From positions 45,426,356-45,490,355 of the forward strand of contig NC_090389.1 of NCBI RefSeq assembly GCF_036365525.1: DNA of 64,000 bases. The letters run 5' to 3'. Position 1 is the stretch's first letter. Every line of letters starts with the position of its first letter. Position numbers and translations under genes: made by a program. The DNA is from Heterodontus francisci. Lineage: Eukaryota. Positions 26,239 to 38,987 of the stretch are shown in pieces. Under the pieces are notes generated by a model. The model searched no databases and was not told where the DNA came from. It saw only the letters and a program-made list of their open reading frames with translations.

Positions 26239-27394
26239 TGTTATGACCAAGGCGAGAGTAATGCACTGTTAATTCAGTCCCACTACTCCACAGGTCATAG
26301 CATATTAGTAAAATTTCCCACCTATTGGAAAATAGCCAAATTAAACATACTATCTGTCCCCCAGAATAAAGCACACCAAATGAGGTTTCTTTAAACAACA
26401 ACAAAATTATCTATTTATTAATAAACTAAGTCTTAAACAATAATGAGATAACTCTATAGGTGAAAAGCTTCTTTTAAAACTTCTTATTCTTCCTAACTCT
26501 CATACACACACACATACACATACATACAAAAAAAAGGTTAACTAGTTTTAAAAAGATGTTTTGGTTTACAACTGTTTCTTAGGAATCATGAAATAACTGG
26601 GTTGTAATGTTCTGATAGTATATTTCTGGGTCAGTGAGGTGTCCCAGAGTTGAATAGACAGATGCCACTCCATGTCTCTCCAGGAGAGGTTAATGAACAG
26701 TCTGTGATGGTTAGGCAGTCAAGGCAATTTGTCTGCAGCAGGCATCACACAGTTCTTTCAGCAAAGGGTGTAGCAACAGGTCTGTTTGTTTTGAAGTAGC
26801 AGTCTAGCAAGAGAAGCTTTCTTGAGCTTTTCAGATCTCCCAAAACACAAGAGGCAACAGGAATCACTCCTGAGGCAGAGACTTTTCAGAGTCTGGAGGC
26901 AATAGAATCTGCTACCTTTTAAAATGCAGGGCTTCCTCTCAGGAAAGGAGCCTTTCTCCACAGAGAGCAGCAACGCCTCTTTTCCTGGGTCTTTTCCTCC
27001 CCAGGGGTCTTTTCCCTCTCCAGGCAGACCATAGCCACCACCCCAAATGTAGAATTTCTTTTTACAAGAGAGGTAAGCCTTCTTTTCCAGAGAATAGGTC
27101 TTTTTTCTCTGGTCCCTGCCAGCTCACTGCTAGCTGCTTCCAGCTCCCTGGTCTTTTTCACACTGCAAAACCGGAACTAAAACCCTAACAATAAGTTATG
27201 TGACAGTCATAAATCTTCCTGTCATTTCCCTGTTGAGCTGCTTGGAAACAGCTGCCTTGCAGTCTATGCACTCAGTTCAAACACTAAGTTTCAACATTTA
27301 ATGCTCACAGAAAATCCTTTTTCTCAGTCTTTAAAAGCACACGGAATGCTTAGCTTTCAATAAAAAAGCTTTCAATAAAAAAGCTCTTGTGACA
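26239..27394. mobile_element. Solo LTR
   Basis: TGTTATGACC...GTGACA termini; TSD ATAT (26235-26238, 27395-27398). Confidence 0.85.
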
Positions 27395-28655
27395 ATATGA
27401 GGGTTAGAGTTAATCAGTATCAAATGTAATTATTGTATTCATTGCTGTGGTTAATAAAAGAGATATTGCTTTTCCCATATTATGAAATTGAATAGGAGAA
27501 GTCAGGCACACTGTAAGTTCATACATTTGTAAGTATCATTCATATGACACTCAATATAATGTTAACAGAAATAAAGATGGAGTGCAATGAATCATCACAA
27601 AGGACTACCATTTTTACGATTGTTAGTCTGAGTGGTAATCATTGGAGGAAAAACCTGATAACCGACTTAATGTTACATACAAAACTATTTGAAGTTAAAA
27701 GGGAGGTGCTAGACCTTGATAAATCTTAGGAAATCATCATGTCTGGATACGGTTTTAGAGCAGTTTGATAAAGTTACTGATGTGGATATATATAAGATGT
27801 ATTAGATAGGTTAAAGTTCCAAATCTATGACAAAGCTCTTTATTTTATTAATATGTAAACTGGGTAATGATTTATTTAATTAAAAAAAAACTCTTTTTTT
27901 CTTGGCTGCTGATCATAAAATACTTTTGAAAGTCATTCCACCTCACTGATGTTCTGTTACTACTAAGTGACCACATTCTGAGCTGGCGAATTCTATCTTA
28001 GGTCCTGCCTTGACAGTAGGTGAAGATCCTGGATATACAGTCTGTATCCTGCTGTTGATGCAGAGAATGTTTCTCTCTAAATATCCAATACAAATGAATA
28101 AATATCTTGTGATGTGGTCCAAACATTTTACTTGGATCTCTTCTTTGATAAATACAAGTTTTTAACCTACCATATTATAAATAGTATGTCTTGTTTGAAT
28201 ACTAATTTAAATGTGCTTCTTTACATTTGAATTCCATTCTCTGCTGATGTCACTTTGCAACAATGCCCACTATGTTTTAGATTAGAAGTCTGAATTTTTC
28301 AGTATTTGAATTACAAAAAATGTATGATAAAATAAATTGAAATTCTAAACAAATTGATTACTTCTATTTTCCTGTTTCATACATGCTTTCAGTTTTATAT
28401 AAAAGAACTAATTGTAGCTTGGCCCAATGAAACAGCATGGAAATGGACAGACCATCTCATGCAAATTAGCCAACATAATCAAAAGTAAAACTCAAAGAAT
28501 AATGAATGAGAGAGAGCATAAAAGCATGACTGAATGATTGGTTACCAACAAAAACAGCTGCTGCTAATTTGAGTTAAATTGCCTTGTTTGATTAATAAAA
28601 AGCTAGAAGTTTTATTTTCTCAGAGACAGAATATCACTGTGCCAAACTGTATCAG

Positions 28656-29632
28656 AATTGTTATATTATTATGAACCATAATTACAATCTTGGCATCAGG
28701 TGGCAGGACTATATCTCCAACACAGAAGTCCTTGAAGCGGCCAACATCCCCAGCTTGTACACACTACTGAGTCAGAGGCGCTTGAGATGGCTTGGCCATG
28801 TGAGCCGCATGGAAGATGGCAGGATCCCCAAAGACACATTGTACAGCGAGCTCGCCACTGGTATCAGACCCACCGGCCGTCCATGTCTCCGTTATAAAGA
28901 CGTCTGCAAACGCGACATGAAATCGTGTGACATTGATCACAAGTCGTGGGAGTCAGTTGCCAGCATTCGCCAGAGCTGGCGGGCAGCCATAAAGACAGGG
29001 CTAAATTGTGGCGAGTCGAAGAGACTTAGTAGTTGGCAGGAAAAAAGACAGAGGCGCAAGGGGAGAGCCAACTGTGCAACAGCCCCAACAAACAAATTTC
29101 TCTGCAGCACCTGTGGAAGAGCCTGTCACTCCAGAATTGGCCTTTATAGCCACTCCAGGCGCTGCTTCACAAACCACTGACCACCTCCAGGCGCGTATCC
29201 ATTGTCTCTCGAGATAAGGAGGCCCAAAAGAAAGAATTACAATCATAGTTTTTACACTTCCATTAAAAGTAGAGGGGATTTTATAAATCATGAAATGAGC
29301 TTTTGTAGATCCACAGTACTTGCTGAAAACATATTTTAAGAAATTCAATGTATTCATTACAAATAGCACTCCTTGCTTCTCTGGAAGAACATTCAGTTCA
29401 TAGTCTGAAAGTTTGATGAATCTGTTGAACATCTGGAATTCAAACACTAGAGTGATAGCAGAGGTGTTCAAGAAGGGTAATTATATTTACGTTAGGTTGG
29501 TTCCTAAATGTTGTGGAGGATTCATTTATTCATATTGCTAAAAAGATTCTTTAGCAATGCCAATGGTTGTCAGCAGTGGTTATCTAATCCAGTTTAAGAT
29601 TTAAGATTATGGTTCATAATAATATAACAATT
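28656..29632. repeat. Perfect 27-bp inverted repeat pair (28656-28682 / 29606-29632)
   Basis: aattgttatattattatgaaccataat and its exact reverse complement attatggttcataataatataacaatt. Confidence 0.9.
28690..29234 (+). mobile_element. 5'-truncated young RTE LINE copy
   Basis: Nearly identical to 1461-2005; 10-bp TSD aattacaatc (28680-28689, 29235-29244). Confidence 0.95.
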
Positions 29633-30392
29633 TAATTATACGAGTAACAGGTTGACTTTGAAAGCTACTAACTGCTTAAGCTAAGTTACTGTTTAATCAA
29701 GCTGCTGTGATGAGAGGAATTCAGTCTAATGGTAATGCTGCTGTTTCCTTGAACTTGTGGAATAGATCAAAACTTATCTCCATATGGATTTCCATAAGGG
29801 CATGCAAACAAATGCAAATAATTACCTTTTTAAAAAATCAAAAGGACTGTCGCTAAATTTTCATTAATCTTGAGTGCAAGAACAATTGATTATAAAAACA
29901 TTGTAAGAGCCATCTGTAAATAGAATAGTTCTCTGCAATCAATAAACCATATCCACAAAACCAATTTATCTTAACTTGCATCTATGCCATTTGTTTTTCA
30001 TGTTTTTCCAATACATCAGCGAATTAATCTTTGTTACATTTCATTTCCTCAGGATGTCCCAAAGTATTTTACAGCCAGTTAAGGGCTGGATTTTGTCTAG
30101 AGGCGGGGCTCCCGGCACCAGTTAAAAAAGGTGGGGAAAACCCTGCCTCATTCTTTTTGTGCCCCCTCCGGAGTAATATTAATTGCGGGGGCTCATTTCC
30201 ATCGAGGCCGCGTCCCGCCCCCTCCCCACCCCCCATATAACTTGGGGACAGGTGTGACATTCGGCACAGCGAGAGTTTTGACAGTTGTGCAGCAGGTACT
30301 GGGGCCCTATTTTAAGCACCCCAGCACCTGCTTCCTGACAGCTGTCAAAGAATACTGACCTGACTGCTGAAAAGTGGGGCTGCTGTCAATCT

Positions 30393-30560
30393 GGCAGCAA
30401 AGCTGAAAGTGCTGCAGAAATCCAGCAGGTCAGGCAGCATCAGTGGAGAGAGAAGCAGTTAACTTGTCCAAGTTCACAGACCTGAAACTTAACTCTGCTT
30501 CTCTCTCCACAAATGCTGCCTGACCCACTGAGTTACCCCAGCACTTTCTGCTTTGCCGCC
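30393..30560. repeat. Fold-back (inverted) pair of Penelope terminal sequences
   Basis: Arms ~30393-30462 and ~30489-30560 are imperfect reverse complements around a partial hammerhead (gacctgaaacttaactc). Confidence 0.8.
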
Positions 30561-30662
30561 ACATACTTACATTGCTGTGTCCCAGTGTCCTGTGAAGTTG
30601 CGATCCTCTTCTCTCACACAAGTGTAACATTCCTTCTTGTAGGCATGCCGCACCTGGGTGAA

Positions 30663-31330
30663 TTTTTTTAAAAATTCATTCATGGAATGTGGGCATAGCT
30701 GGCCAGGCCAGCATTTATTGCCCATCCCTAATTGGCCTTGAGAAGGTGGTGGTGAGCTGCCTTCTTGAACTGCTGCAGTCCATGGGAGGTAGGTATACCC
30801 ACAGTGCTGTTAGGAAGGGAGTTCCAGGATTTTGACCCAGCGACAGTGAAGGAACGGCGATATAGTTCTAAGTCAGTGTGACTTGGAGGGGAAGTTGCAG
30901 GCGGTGGTGTTCCCATGCATTTGCTGCCCTTGTCCTACTAGTTGGTAGAGGTCGCGGGTTTGGAAGGTGCTGTTTAAGGAGCCTTGGTGCGTTGCTGCAG
31001 TGCATCTTGTAGATGGTACACACTGCTGCCACTGTGCATTGGTGGTGAAGGGAGTGAATGTTTGTGGATGGGGTAATAATCAAGCGGGCTGCTTTATCCT
31101 GGCTGGTGTCGAGCTTCTTGAGTGTTGTTGGAGCTGCACCCATCCAGGCAAGTGGAGAGTATTCCATCACACTCCTGAGTTTCTGCCTTGGAGATGGTGA
31201 ACAGGCTTTGGGGAGTTAGGAGGTGAGATGCTCGCCGTAGGATTCCTAGCGTCTGACCTGCTGTTGTAGCCACGGTATTTATATGGCTACTCCAGTTCAG
31301 TTTCTGGTCAATGGTAGCCCCTAGGATGTA
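30663..31330 (-). mobile_element. CR1-Zenon-like LINE 3' fragment
   Basis: ILGATIDQKLNWSSHIN, MEYSPLAWMGAAP and tail. Confidence 0.9.
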
Positions 31331-31899
31331 CATTTGCACATTCCAGGACGTGAGACTTAAATAGACCAGAAAAGGTATTACAGAGGTTTACAGAGAACAC
31401 ACTGAAACAAATGGGTATACATGGATGTCGCAGCAATGTAAATACGTCTTTCTCCAAATGTTCCTCACCAACATGTGTGTCCTTTTCTCTGTGTGAATGA
31501 TGTGTGCCAACATGAAGTACCGATGTCACATCCCGCAGCACCATTGGCCTTTCAGGAGAGCCAACATATTCAATAACATCATTGCCATGCCACCATTACT
31601 CATGAGCGTCTCCACGGATGCAGTGCCCTGGACATAGGCTCAGTCAGCTGCTGCCTCTAATGGTTTACACAGGGATGCTGCAGATGTGGACTGGTGCACA
31701 GCAGGTGAGCGAGGGTGATGTGTGACTTGCAGAGCTCATGTCGGTTCCTATGGTGCAGAGAGCCTTTGTCTGATAAGTCACTTCCGTACATCCCTACCTC
31801 ACTGCTAGCCCTGCGTGCAGAGCCTGGGTGCCATCTGCCCTCCCACGCGTCTTTCATATTGTAGGTCCTCAGTGTCCTCATAGTCCGAGGAGGAATCCT

Positions 31900-33845
31900 G
31901 TTGCCGTCTCTCCTCATCATGCCAGGCCTGGTCCTTATTGGGTGCTTAGTTGTGCAGAGCAGCAAAGAAAGGAGTTGGTCTTTTTGGCCTATCCATCCAG
32001 GCATTGGAGGCGCTCTTTCAGCATGCCAATCTCCTGCTCAGTGGTGGCTCATGTAGCTCAGTGGCTGGTGTTGCATCTCTCCTTTGCAGAAGAGGTGGAG
32101 TCTCTCACTGGTGTCAGAAGCCATGTCTGCAAAGGATAGCCCTTATCTCCAAGATGCCACCCCTCCATCTGAGCCAGTTCAGTGAACAGCGGTGGCAGCC
32201 GGGACTGGCACAAGACCCAGGTGTCATGGCAGCTGTCTGAGAAGCGGTCACACATTCGCTGCAAGCATCTGCGGTGTTCACATACCAGCTTCACCCAGAT
32301 TGAGAGGTCTCCTTTAATGGTGAAGTCTGTAGGTGGTAGCCTGGCAGTAGGCCTGATGGCACATGAGTGCAGTTTATGAACATTACAACCTATGGTTCTC
32401 CGGCAATGGTGCCAGAACCAATGGCCCTCTGGGTCTGGCTGTGAGAGTCTGCCCTGAAGCGGCCATCCTCCGGTGCAGGGCATTGGTGACCTCCCTATTG
32501 CAGTGATGCATTGCTGACTGTGTGACCCCACAAATGTCTCTGGTGGGCCCCTAAAAGGCTGCAGAGGCGTCAGGCTTGAGAACCGCTGCCACTTTTTAAA
32601 AATATTCATTCATGGAATGTGGGCGGAGCTGGCCAGGCCAGCATTTATTGCCCATCCCTCATTGCCCTTGAGAAGGTGGTGGTGAGCTGCCTTCTTGAAC
32701 CGCTGCAGTCCATTTGGGGTAGGTATACCCACAGTGCTGTTAGGAAGGGAGTTCCAGGATTTTGACCCAGCGACAGTGAAGGAACAGCGATATAGTTCCA
32801 AGTCAGGATGGTGTGTGACTTGGAGGGGAACTTGCAGGTGGTGGTGTTCCCATGTATTTGCTGCCCTTGTCCTTCTAGTTGGTAGAAGTCGCGGGTTTGG
32901 AAGGTGCTCTCTAAGGAGCCTTGGTGCATTGCTGTAGTGCATCTTGTAGATGGTACACACTGCTACCACTGTGCGTCGGTGGTGGAGGGAGTGAATGTTT
33001 GTAGATGGGGTGCCAATCAAGCAGGTTGCTTTGTCCTGGATGGTGTCGAGCTTCTTGAGCGTTGTTGGAGCTGCACCCATCCAGGCAAGTGGAGAGTATT
33101 CCATCACACTCTTGACTTGTGCCTTGTAGATGGTGGACAGATTTTGGGGAGTCAGGAGGTGAGTTACTCACCTCAGGATTCCTAGCCTCTGACCTGCTGT
33201 TGTAGCCACGGTATTTATATGGCTACTCCAGTTCAGTTTCTGGTCAATGGTAGCCCCTAGGATGTTGATAGTGGGGGATTCAGCGATGGTAATGCCATTG
33301 AATGTCAAGGGGAGATGGTTAGATTCTCTCTTGTTGGAGATGGTCACTGCCTGGCACTTGTGTGGCGCGAATGTTATTATGAGGAACAAAGGCATGGGAT
33401 GTCCACCAGAGCCCATGAGCTGCAGGTCTTCCTTGAGCAGGGCACAGAGACGTTTCACCAACCTCTCTATATGTGCAACCTCCTCTGACACTGGTGCTCT
33501 GACATCCGATGGCATGTCATGTTGGGCCTGTAGATGCACGGCAAACGTAGTGGAGAGCTCCCCTTGGGGGCTGCTGCTCACAACCGGGGGCCTCTACATG
33601 GATCGCATCTGCCTGTTGGTATTGACTCTGGCGCATACGGATCTTCACGAGCAGAGGATCACACAATGTAGGATGAGCCATACCTATTTCCATGTGATAA
33701 ATAAAGTTGAACCCTGCACGTATTCAAAGGTTCCTAACAGGGCAGGGATTGGTGTTGACGAGTATATCAGCTGCTTTCCTGGATCAACTATGTGGCGTGC
33801 CATGGTATTGTCCATCTTGGCCAACACTCAGAGTGGCACAGCATG
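31900..33845 (-). pseudogene. Harbinger (HARBI1-like DDE) transposase remnant split by a Zenon LINE
   Basis: LCALLKEDLQLMGSGGHPMPL (33380-33450) continues as KVAAVLK below 32592; GWHLGDKGYPLQTWLLTPVR...RCNTSH (32060-32165). Confidence 0.85.
32592..33377 (-). mobile_element. CR1-Zenon-like LINE 3' fragment
   Basis: TFAPHKCQAVTISNKRESNH through to the tail. Confidence 0.9.
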
Positions 33846-36559
33846 ACCACATCAAGATCCTACCAGCTGAATCGATAGCCCCCACCATCCATAAAACCTT
33901 AATGCTCCTACCCTTTCTGGCACCCTGCCCACACACAGGGTGCCGAGTGAGCCATTGACTCCTCACAAACACAGAGCATACACTGTTAATGGAGGGATGG
34001 TACACGGTACCTCCCTTCATGCCAGCACAGCTTTCCCTCCAATAATCCCAGACCCACTCCCTTTAAGAATGCAGAGTTAGACCCCTGAATATCCCCCCTC
34101 CCTCCTGTAATGCAGAGTGAGACCCCTGAATAACAGAACTTACCTTCGCTGGCGACAACTTCTGCCTCTGAGGACCCGCCAGCTTTTCAAATTGTGAACG
34201 GTACGGCACATGACGGCCGCCTGTTCAGAGAAAAATCGGGAAGCGTCAGTGGAGAGGCGGCGAGCTGCATAATCAGCAAAGGTAAGTATTCTTTACCATA
34301 TGCTAATTATGGTGCCGCCACCGTGTGGCAGGGGGCTGCACTGAGGTCCCGCTGCTGCTGGTAATATGCGGCAGGCCCTTCTCGACGTCGTGGGTCGTGG
34401 CGGGCCTCTCCCCGTATCATTTTACCAGCCCCTGCACCACGATCTGCAGCGTCGAGGGGCCAGTAAAATTCAGCCGAAAATTTCAGGAGGTGAGATCCCC
34501 GTCCCTTTAAAGACTTTAAAGGGATGGGGATCCTGCCTCTAAGAGCTGCTGGCCAATCAGTGGGCCAGCAGCTCAGCAGTATCAGCAGCGCCACTGGGAG
34601 CCGGTAATGCAGAGGCCTCGGACCCAGGCTCAGCGGTGCAACCCTGAAACAAAGGTAGGTGAGGCAGGGTCGCTAGGACCAATCCAGAGGGCCCCAGTGA
34701 GGGGGGTAAGAGGGGGTGGTCATGCAGTCCAGGGGAAAGGGTGTCCCGGGGGTAAAGTTGTTCCTAGTGGGGGGGGGGTCCTCCGTAGGCCACAAATTTC
34801 CCACAAAGGTGGAACTTGTCGCCCCCAAGCCCGCAGGGAGGCACCTCATTTTACAAGGCATCCTCCCTGCATGGTGGAGACCCCCCTGCCACTGGTAAGA
34901 TCCCAGCGGCAGCGGAAAGAGGCCCTTAATAAGCCTCTGGATGGGAAGGCCTTCGTCGGCCTAGCCCACCCTTCGGAAGATGTTTGGGCGACGGGCCCTC
35001 CACCTCATCGCCCACCCATCCCGCCCACCACACAGCCCCCCCCGCCACCCATCACGATACTCCGTGCCCCACTGCCTCCGACCCCGCATCGGGGAGACTC
35101 ACAAAATCCTAGCCTATGTATTTTTGAAGAGTAATCACTGTTGTAATATAGAAAACATGGCAGCCAATATGCACACAGCAAACTCCCATAATCAGTAATG
35201 TGATAATGACCAGATAGTCTGTTTTCGTAATTTTTATTGTTGTTCATCCATGGTATGTGTGGTATTACTGGTAAGGCCAGTATTTATTGCCCATTGATAA
35301 TTGCCCTTGAGAAGGTCGTGGTGAACTGCCTTCTTGAATCCACCAATACGTCACAATCTCACATTTAATGCATAGACACTTGGCAATACAGAGATACATT
35401 TTCCTCCATCTGCAAATGTTAGAGAAAATGTTTGTGCAATACTTTGTGGAACATAATGAGGACAAAGTGTGTGTACATGGAAAATGTATCTATTTTGAAA
35501 GAGGAACGTCGATCCATCTGGATTCTACCATGTCTCCAGGTCAGGAGTGGTCCTGCCCCCTCATTGTTATTAAGTTTGAACACAGCAGTTAGATGCAAAT
35601 AAAGTCAATCCATTGAGACAAAATAAACAAGTTGATGCTCAACACAGGCCAGATGACATGCTATGCCACACATCAGTTCAATCCACCATGATGAATGCAA
35701 CAACAGCACATCAAACTGGGCCAGCAGGTTCTCATTTGTGCACAAAGTGAAATAAGGCAATTTGAACCACGCAATTACTTTCATTTCATATGTAGCACAA
35801 CCAAAGTTATTGGCAGAGATATTACTTTAAAACAGAAGCTACACAAAAGCCTGGCACCAAAGTTATCTATTTTGCCTCAGCCCACAGCCTGGGTCCAGAC
35901 CAAAGCTGTGGACTACTAAAGGCTGGAGAAACAAATCCCTGCGCTCTATCCTGTGGGTAAACTAGAAAGAAGAGACAATGTTTGAAACTGTGGACTTAAT
36001 TATGCCCATAAGATGTTGCCTAGAAACACAAGCCACCTCTTGTATCCAGGCAGCCAATCATTCTTTTTCCAGGCAGTTCCTCCCCAGTGACTAATTTGCT
36101 TTTCAATAGTTGCATTGCCATGGTGATATTGAGGGTCCTTCCCAGAAGCAACAGAACAAACAAAGATCATGCCAAGAGCAAGATGTCTTCTCAATTAACC
36201 AAGTCATCTGGAATTATTTTCTGTTTATATTTAAATGACTTGTGCGGGTTCCCATCCCCTGCAAAGATGCCTGTTATTAGAAACTGTTATGCCTATTGTT
36301 TAAAAAAAAACAACTTGAGTTTTTATAAGAACCATAACAGAAGTAGAATATCTATTACACACAGAGCTACCTGCAACATAGAAGCATCAACAATCACTGA
36401 ACCCAGATACTAAAAGTAAATAGGTAGGCGCACAGAAAACTATCAGGACTCAGACATTATGTAGTTTCTGCCTGTGCTGCAATGGAAGCTGAGACATCAG
36501 CCGTGCAGCTTGGAAGGGAACTTGCAGGTGGTGGTGTTCCCATGCATCTGCATCACAGC

Positions 36560-37524
36560 TGAGTCTGCAAGTCCTGTCATGCAGTCGGCCACCACTTCCA
36601 TGCAGGAAGCGGTCCAGGCAGCATAACCATTGTTTCAGGACGGTAATGGTCTGCTTCACAACGTTCCTAGTTTCAGCATGGCTCGCATTGTATGAGCGCT
36701 GTCTATGTGTGATCAGGTGGTGAAGTGGAGTCATTAGCCACATGTAGAGTGGATAGCCCTTATCACCTAGCAACGAGCCTCTGGTTTGACGTGACGGCTC
36801 AAAGATGGCAGGAACTGCAGACTGATGCAGGATGAAAACATTGTGACTGTGGCCAGGACAGCAGGCACTAACCAGCATGATGTTCTGAATGTGGCCACAC
36901 ACCAACTGTACTTAGAATGAGTGGTAACCCTTGTGGTCTTTGTACATTTCCCCATTGAGATGCAGCGCTCGGAAGACCATGCGCGCGTAGTTCATGACTC
37001 CCTGCACCATAGGAAAGCCTGCTATCCTGGCAAAGCCACATGCTCATTCCTGCTGCTTCTCTCTGTTTCGAGAGAAGACACTGAAGTCCCCCTCTCCTGG
37101 TGTACAGGATCTCTGTGACCTCTCGGATACAGTGATGCATGGCGAACTGTGAGATGTTAGCAATGTTGCATGTTCCAGCCTGGAAGGATCCTCTGGTATA
37201 GAAATTGAGGGCCCCAGTCACCTTGAAACCCACTGGTAGAGCCGTCCTTGTCCCGCTCTGAGGCTGCAGATTTGGGTTGAGGAAATGGCCACAGTGCTGT
37301 GACCACCTCCTCGGTGAAGTGCAGCCACCGAATGAACTACTCTTGGCTAAGGTGCAGGTAGGAAAAATGCTTTCTGAAGACACTAGGCTGGTACATCCTC
37401 CTGCTGAGAGCCCTCCTCCTCCTCCCTCAGGGAACAGCTTGTCTTCTCTGCTGCCTCTGCTCCAGTTCCCTGTGATTCTACAGCACAAGGGAACTGCAAC
37501 AATAGTCCTCATGTCTGGGAGCAA
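36560..37524 (-). pseudogene. Second Harbinger transposase remnant
   Basis: LPVGFKVTGALNFYTRGSFQ...ISQFAMHHCIREVT; LLGDKGYPL...YNASHAETRNVVKQTITVLKQ. Confidence 0.88.
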
Positions 37525-37929
37525 CTGGGGTACTTAGAGGCTTTTCAAAAGAACAATACTCCTTCCAAAGGTCCTGCACCACTCCCTTCTGGCTTACAGA
37601 ATATCTGCCAACTCTTCCAACAACCCAGTACTTCCACTAACTCTGCAGCAGCAAGTAGATAGTCAAAAGCACTTCAACTGCAAGCTGACTGGTGATGACT
37701 TTAGATAGCTCTGGGAGTCATGGGGAGGTCCCTCATGCAGCTGAACACATGTTCAGCTGTACATGTTAAAGAGAGGGTGAAAACAGGAATGGCAAGGTCC
37801 AAAGTGGCAATTACACGCTGACTGATGTCACAATTTGGCCACTAGGCATGCTTCCAGTGCCCGCATGGAATGTCCATGCTATCATCCTCCACAACATGGC
37901 AATCTTAACAGGCCATGACCTCTACTGTT

Positions 37930-38205
37930 TAGAAGAACAAGTGTAGCAGGCACATGGCAACACCACTGCCTGCAAGTTCCCCTCTAAGTCATGCGCCATC
38001 CTGACTCGTAAATATATCGCCATTCCTTCATCATCGCTGGATCAAAATCCTGGAACTCCACCACCTAACAGCACTGTGGGAATACATTCACCACACAGTC
38101 TGCAATGATTCAAGAAACAGCTCACCACCACCTTTTCAAGGACAATTACAGATGGGCAATAAATGCTGGTCTTGCCCACATCCCATGACTAAATAAGAAA
38201 AAAAT
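37930..38205 (+). mobile_element. CR1-Zenon-like LINE 3' tail
   Basis: caccactgcctgcaagttcccctctaagtca...caataaatgctgg...cccacatcccatga. Confidence 0.8.
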
Positions 38206-38987
38206 TGTCGGAATTAGAACCCCCCTCAACCATTTTTTTCATCACCTGCCTCCCGCAGTGCCAAAACCAACAGCTCTACAAAAATGAATTTTGAGGCCAT
38301 TATTTAACATTAGCATGTCCTCTGAACTCAAATTTAACATATTGACATTTTATATTTCTCTCACCTTTTAAAGGTATTAACATTCAAAACATATTTCCCA
38401 AAACTGTTGCAATAGGAAGAAGATAATTCAACATTTAATTCTTGTATTGTGAATAAAAAGTTCCACCACATAATTTAAGTACATAAGTATCTTTTCTGGT
38501 CTTAAGTTTATATCTGATATTTCCTAATTAGAAGTGTCAGCTAATTTTTGATGGAGTTTAAGTCAAGTTCACAGATGCAAAGCCAAATACTCTTTTCTTT
38601 TCATTAAAACATGAGCCAATTAATATTATAAGCTGATTGGCTTAAATTTCCAGAAACATTGCCATTTTATCTAGCAGCAGTAGCAGATATTGAAGACGAA
38701 GAATTAAACGAGGAATACTGTTTAAGAATTGTTATTACTATAGAAAACTACATAGTGAAAGCTTCACTGAAAATATATTACAAAGAAGAGTAAATGGCTC
38801 TTCCAAGAAAGGTGAAAATATTCGGTGTGCAGATTCAGATGCAAAGGGCTCTGGCATCATTAATTGCTTGGCTTGTTGTATATTTATTGGACGGGTGAAT
38901 CTTTCAGAGTTCTGCATACCACACCATATAGACAATTCCTTTTACAGCACATCCTATTTATTATGGAGCAAGAATTAAGAAATAAAT

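Larger units (their letters stand above)
30083..35114 (-). mobile_element. Composite Harbinger/PIF transposon inserted into a DeuSINE
   Basis: Ends gggctggattttgt / acaaaatcctagcc with flanks TAA/TAT. The flanks 30045-30082 and 35115-35230 join into a SacSINE1-like 3' half. Extra internal TIR aaaattcagcc at ~34465-34475. Confidence 0.7.

Noticed and set aside
27351-27385. 15-bp tandem duplication agctttcaataaaaa
   Set aside because: Ordinary slippage within an LTR.
28671-29180. 169-aa ORF starting at a flanking ATG fused to the RTE C-terminus
   Set aside because: Chance in-frame ATG upstream of a truncated insertion; no evidence of expression.
34607-35134. 175-aa Pro/Gly/Arg-rich ORF
   Set aside because: GC-rich transposon subterminal DNA with no domain motifs.
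38671-38793. Acidic ~38-codon open frame (AVADIEDEELNEEYC...) after a NAGNAG-like acceptor
   Set aside because: Short, not recognisable, and with no partner exons; within chance expectation.
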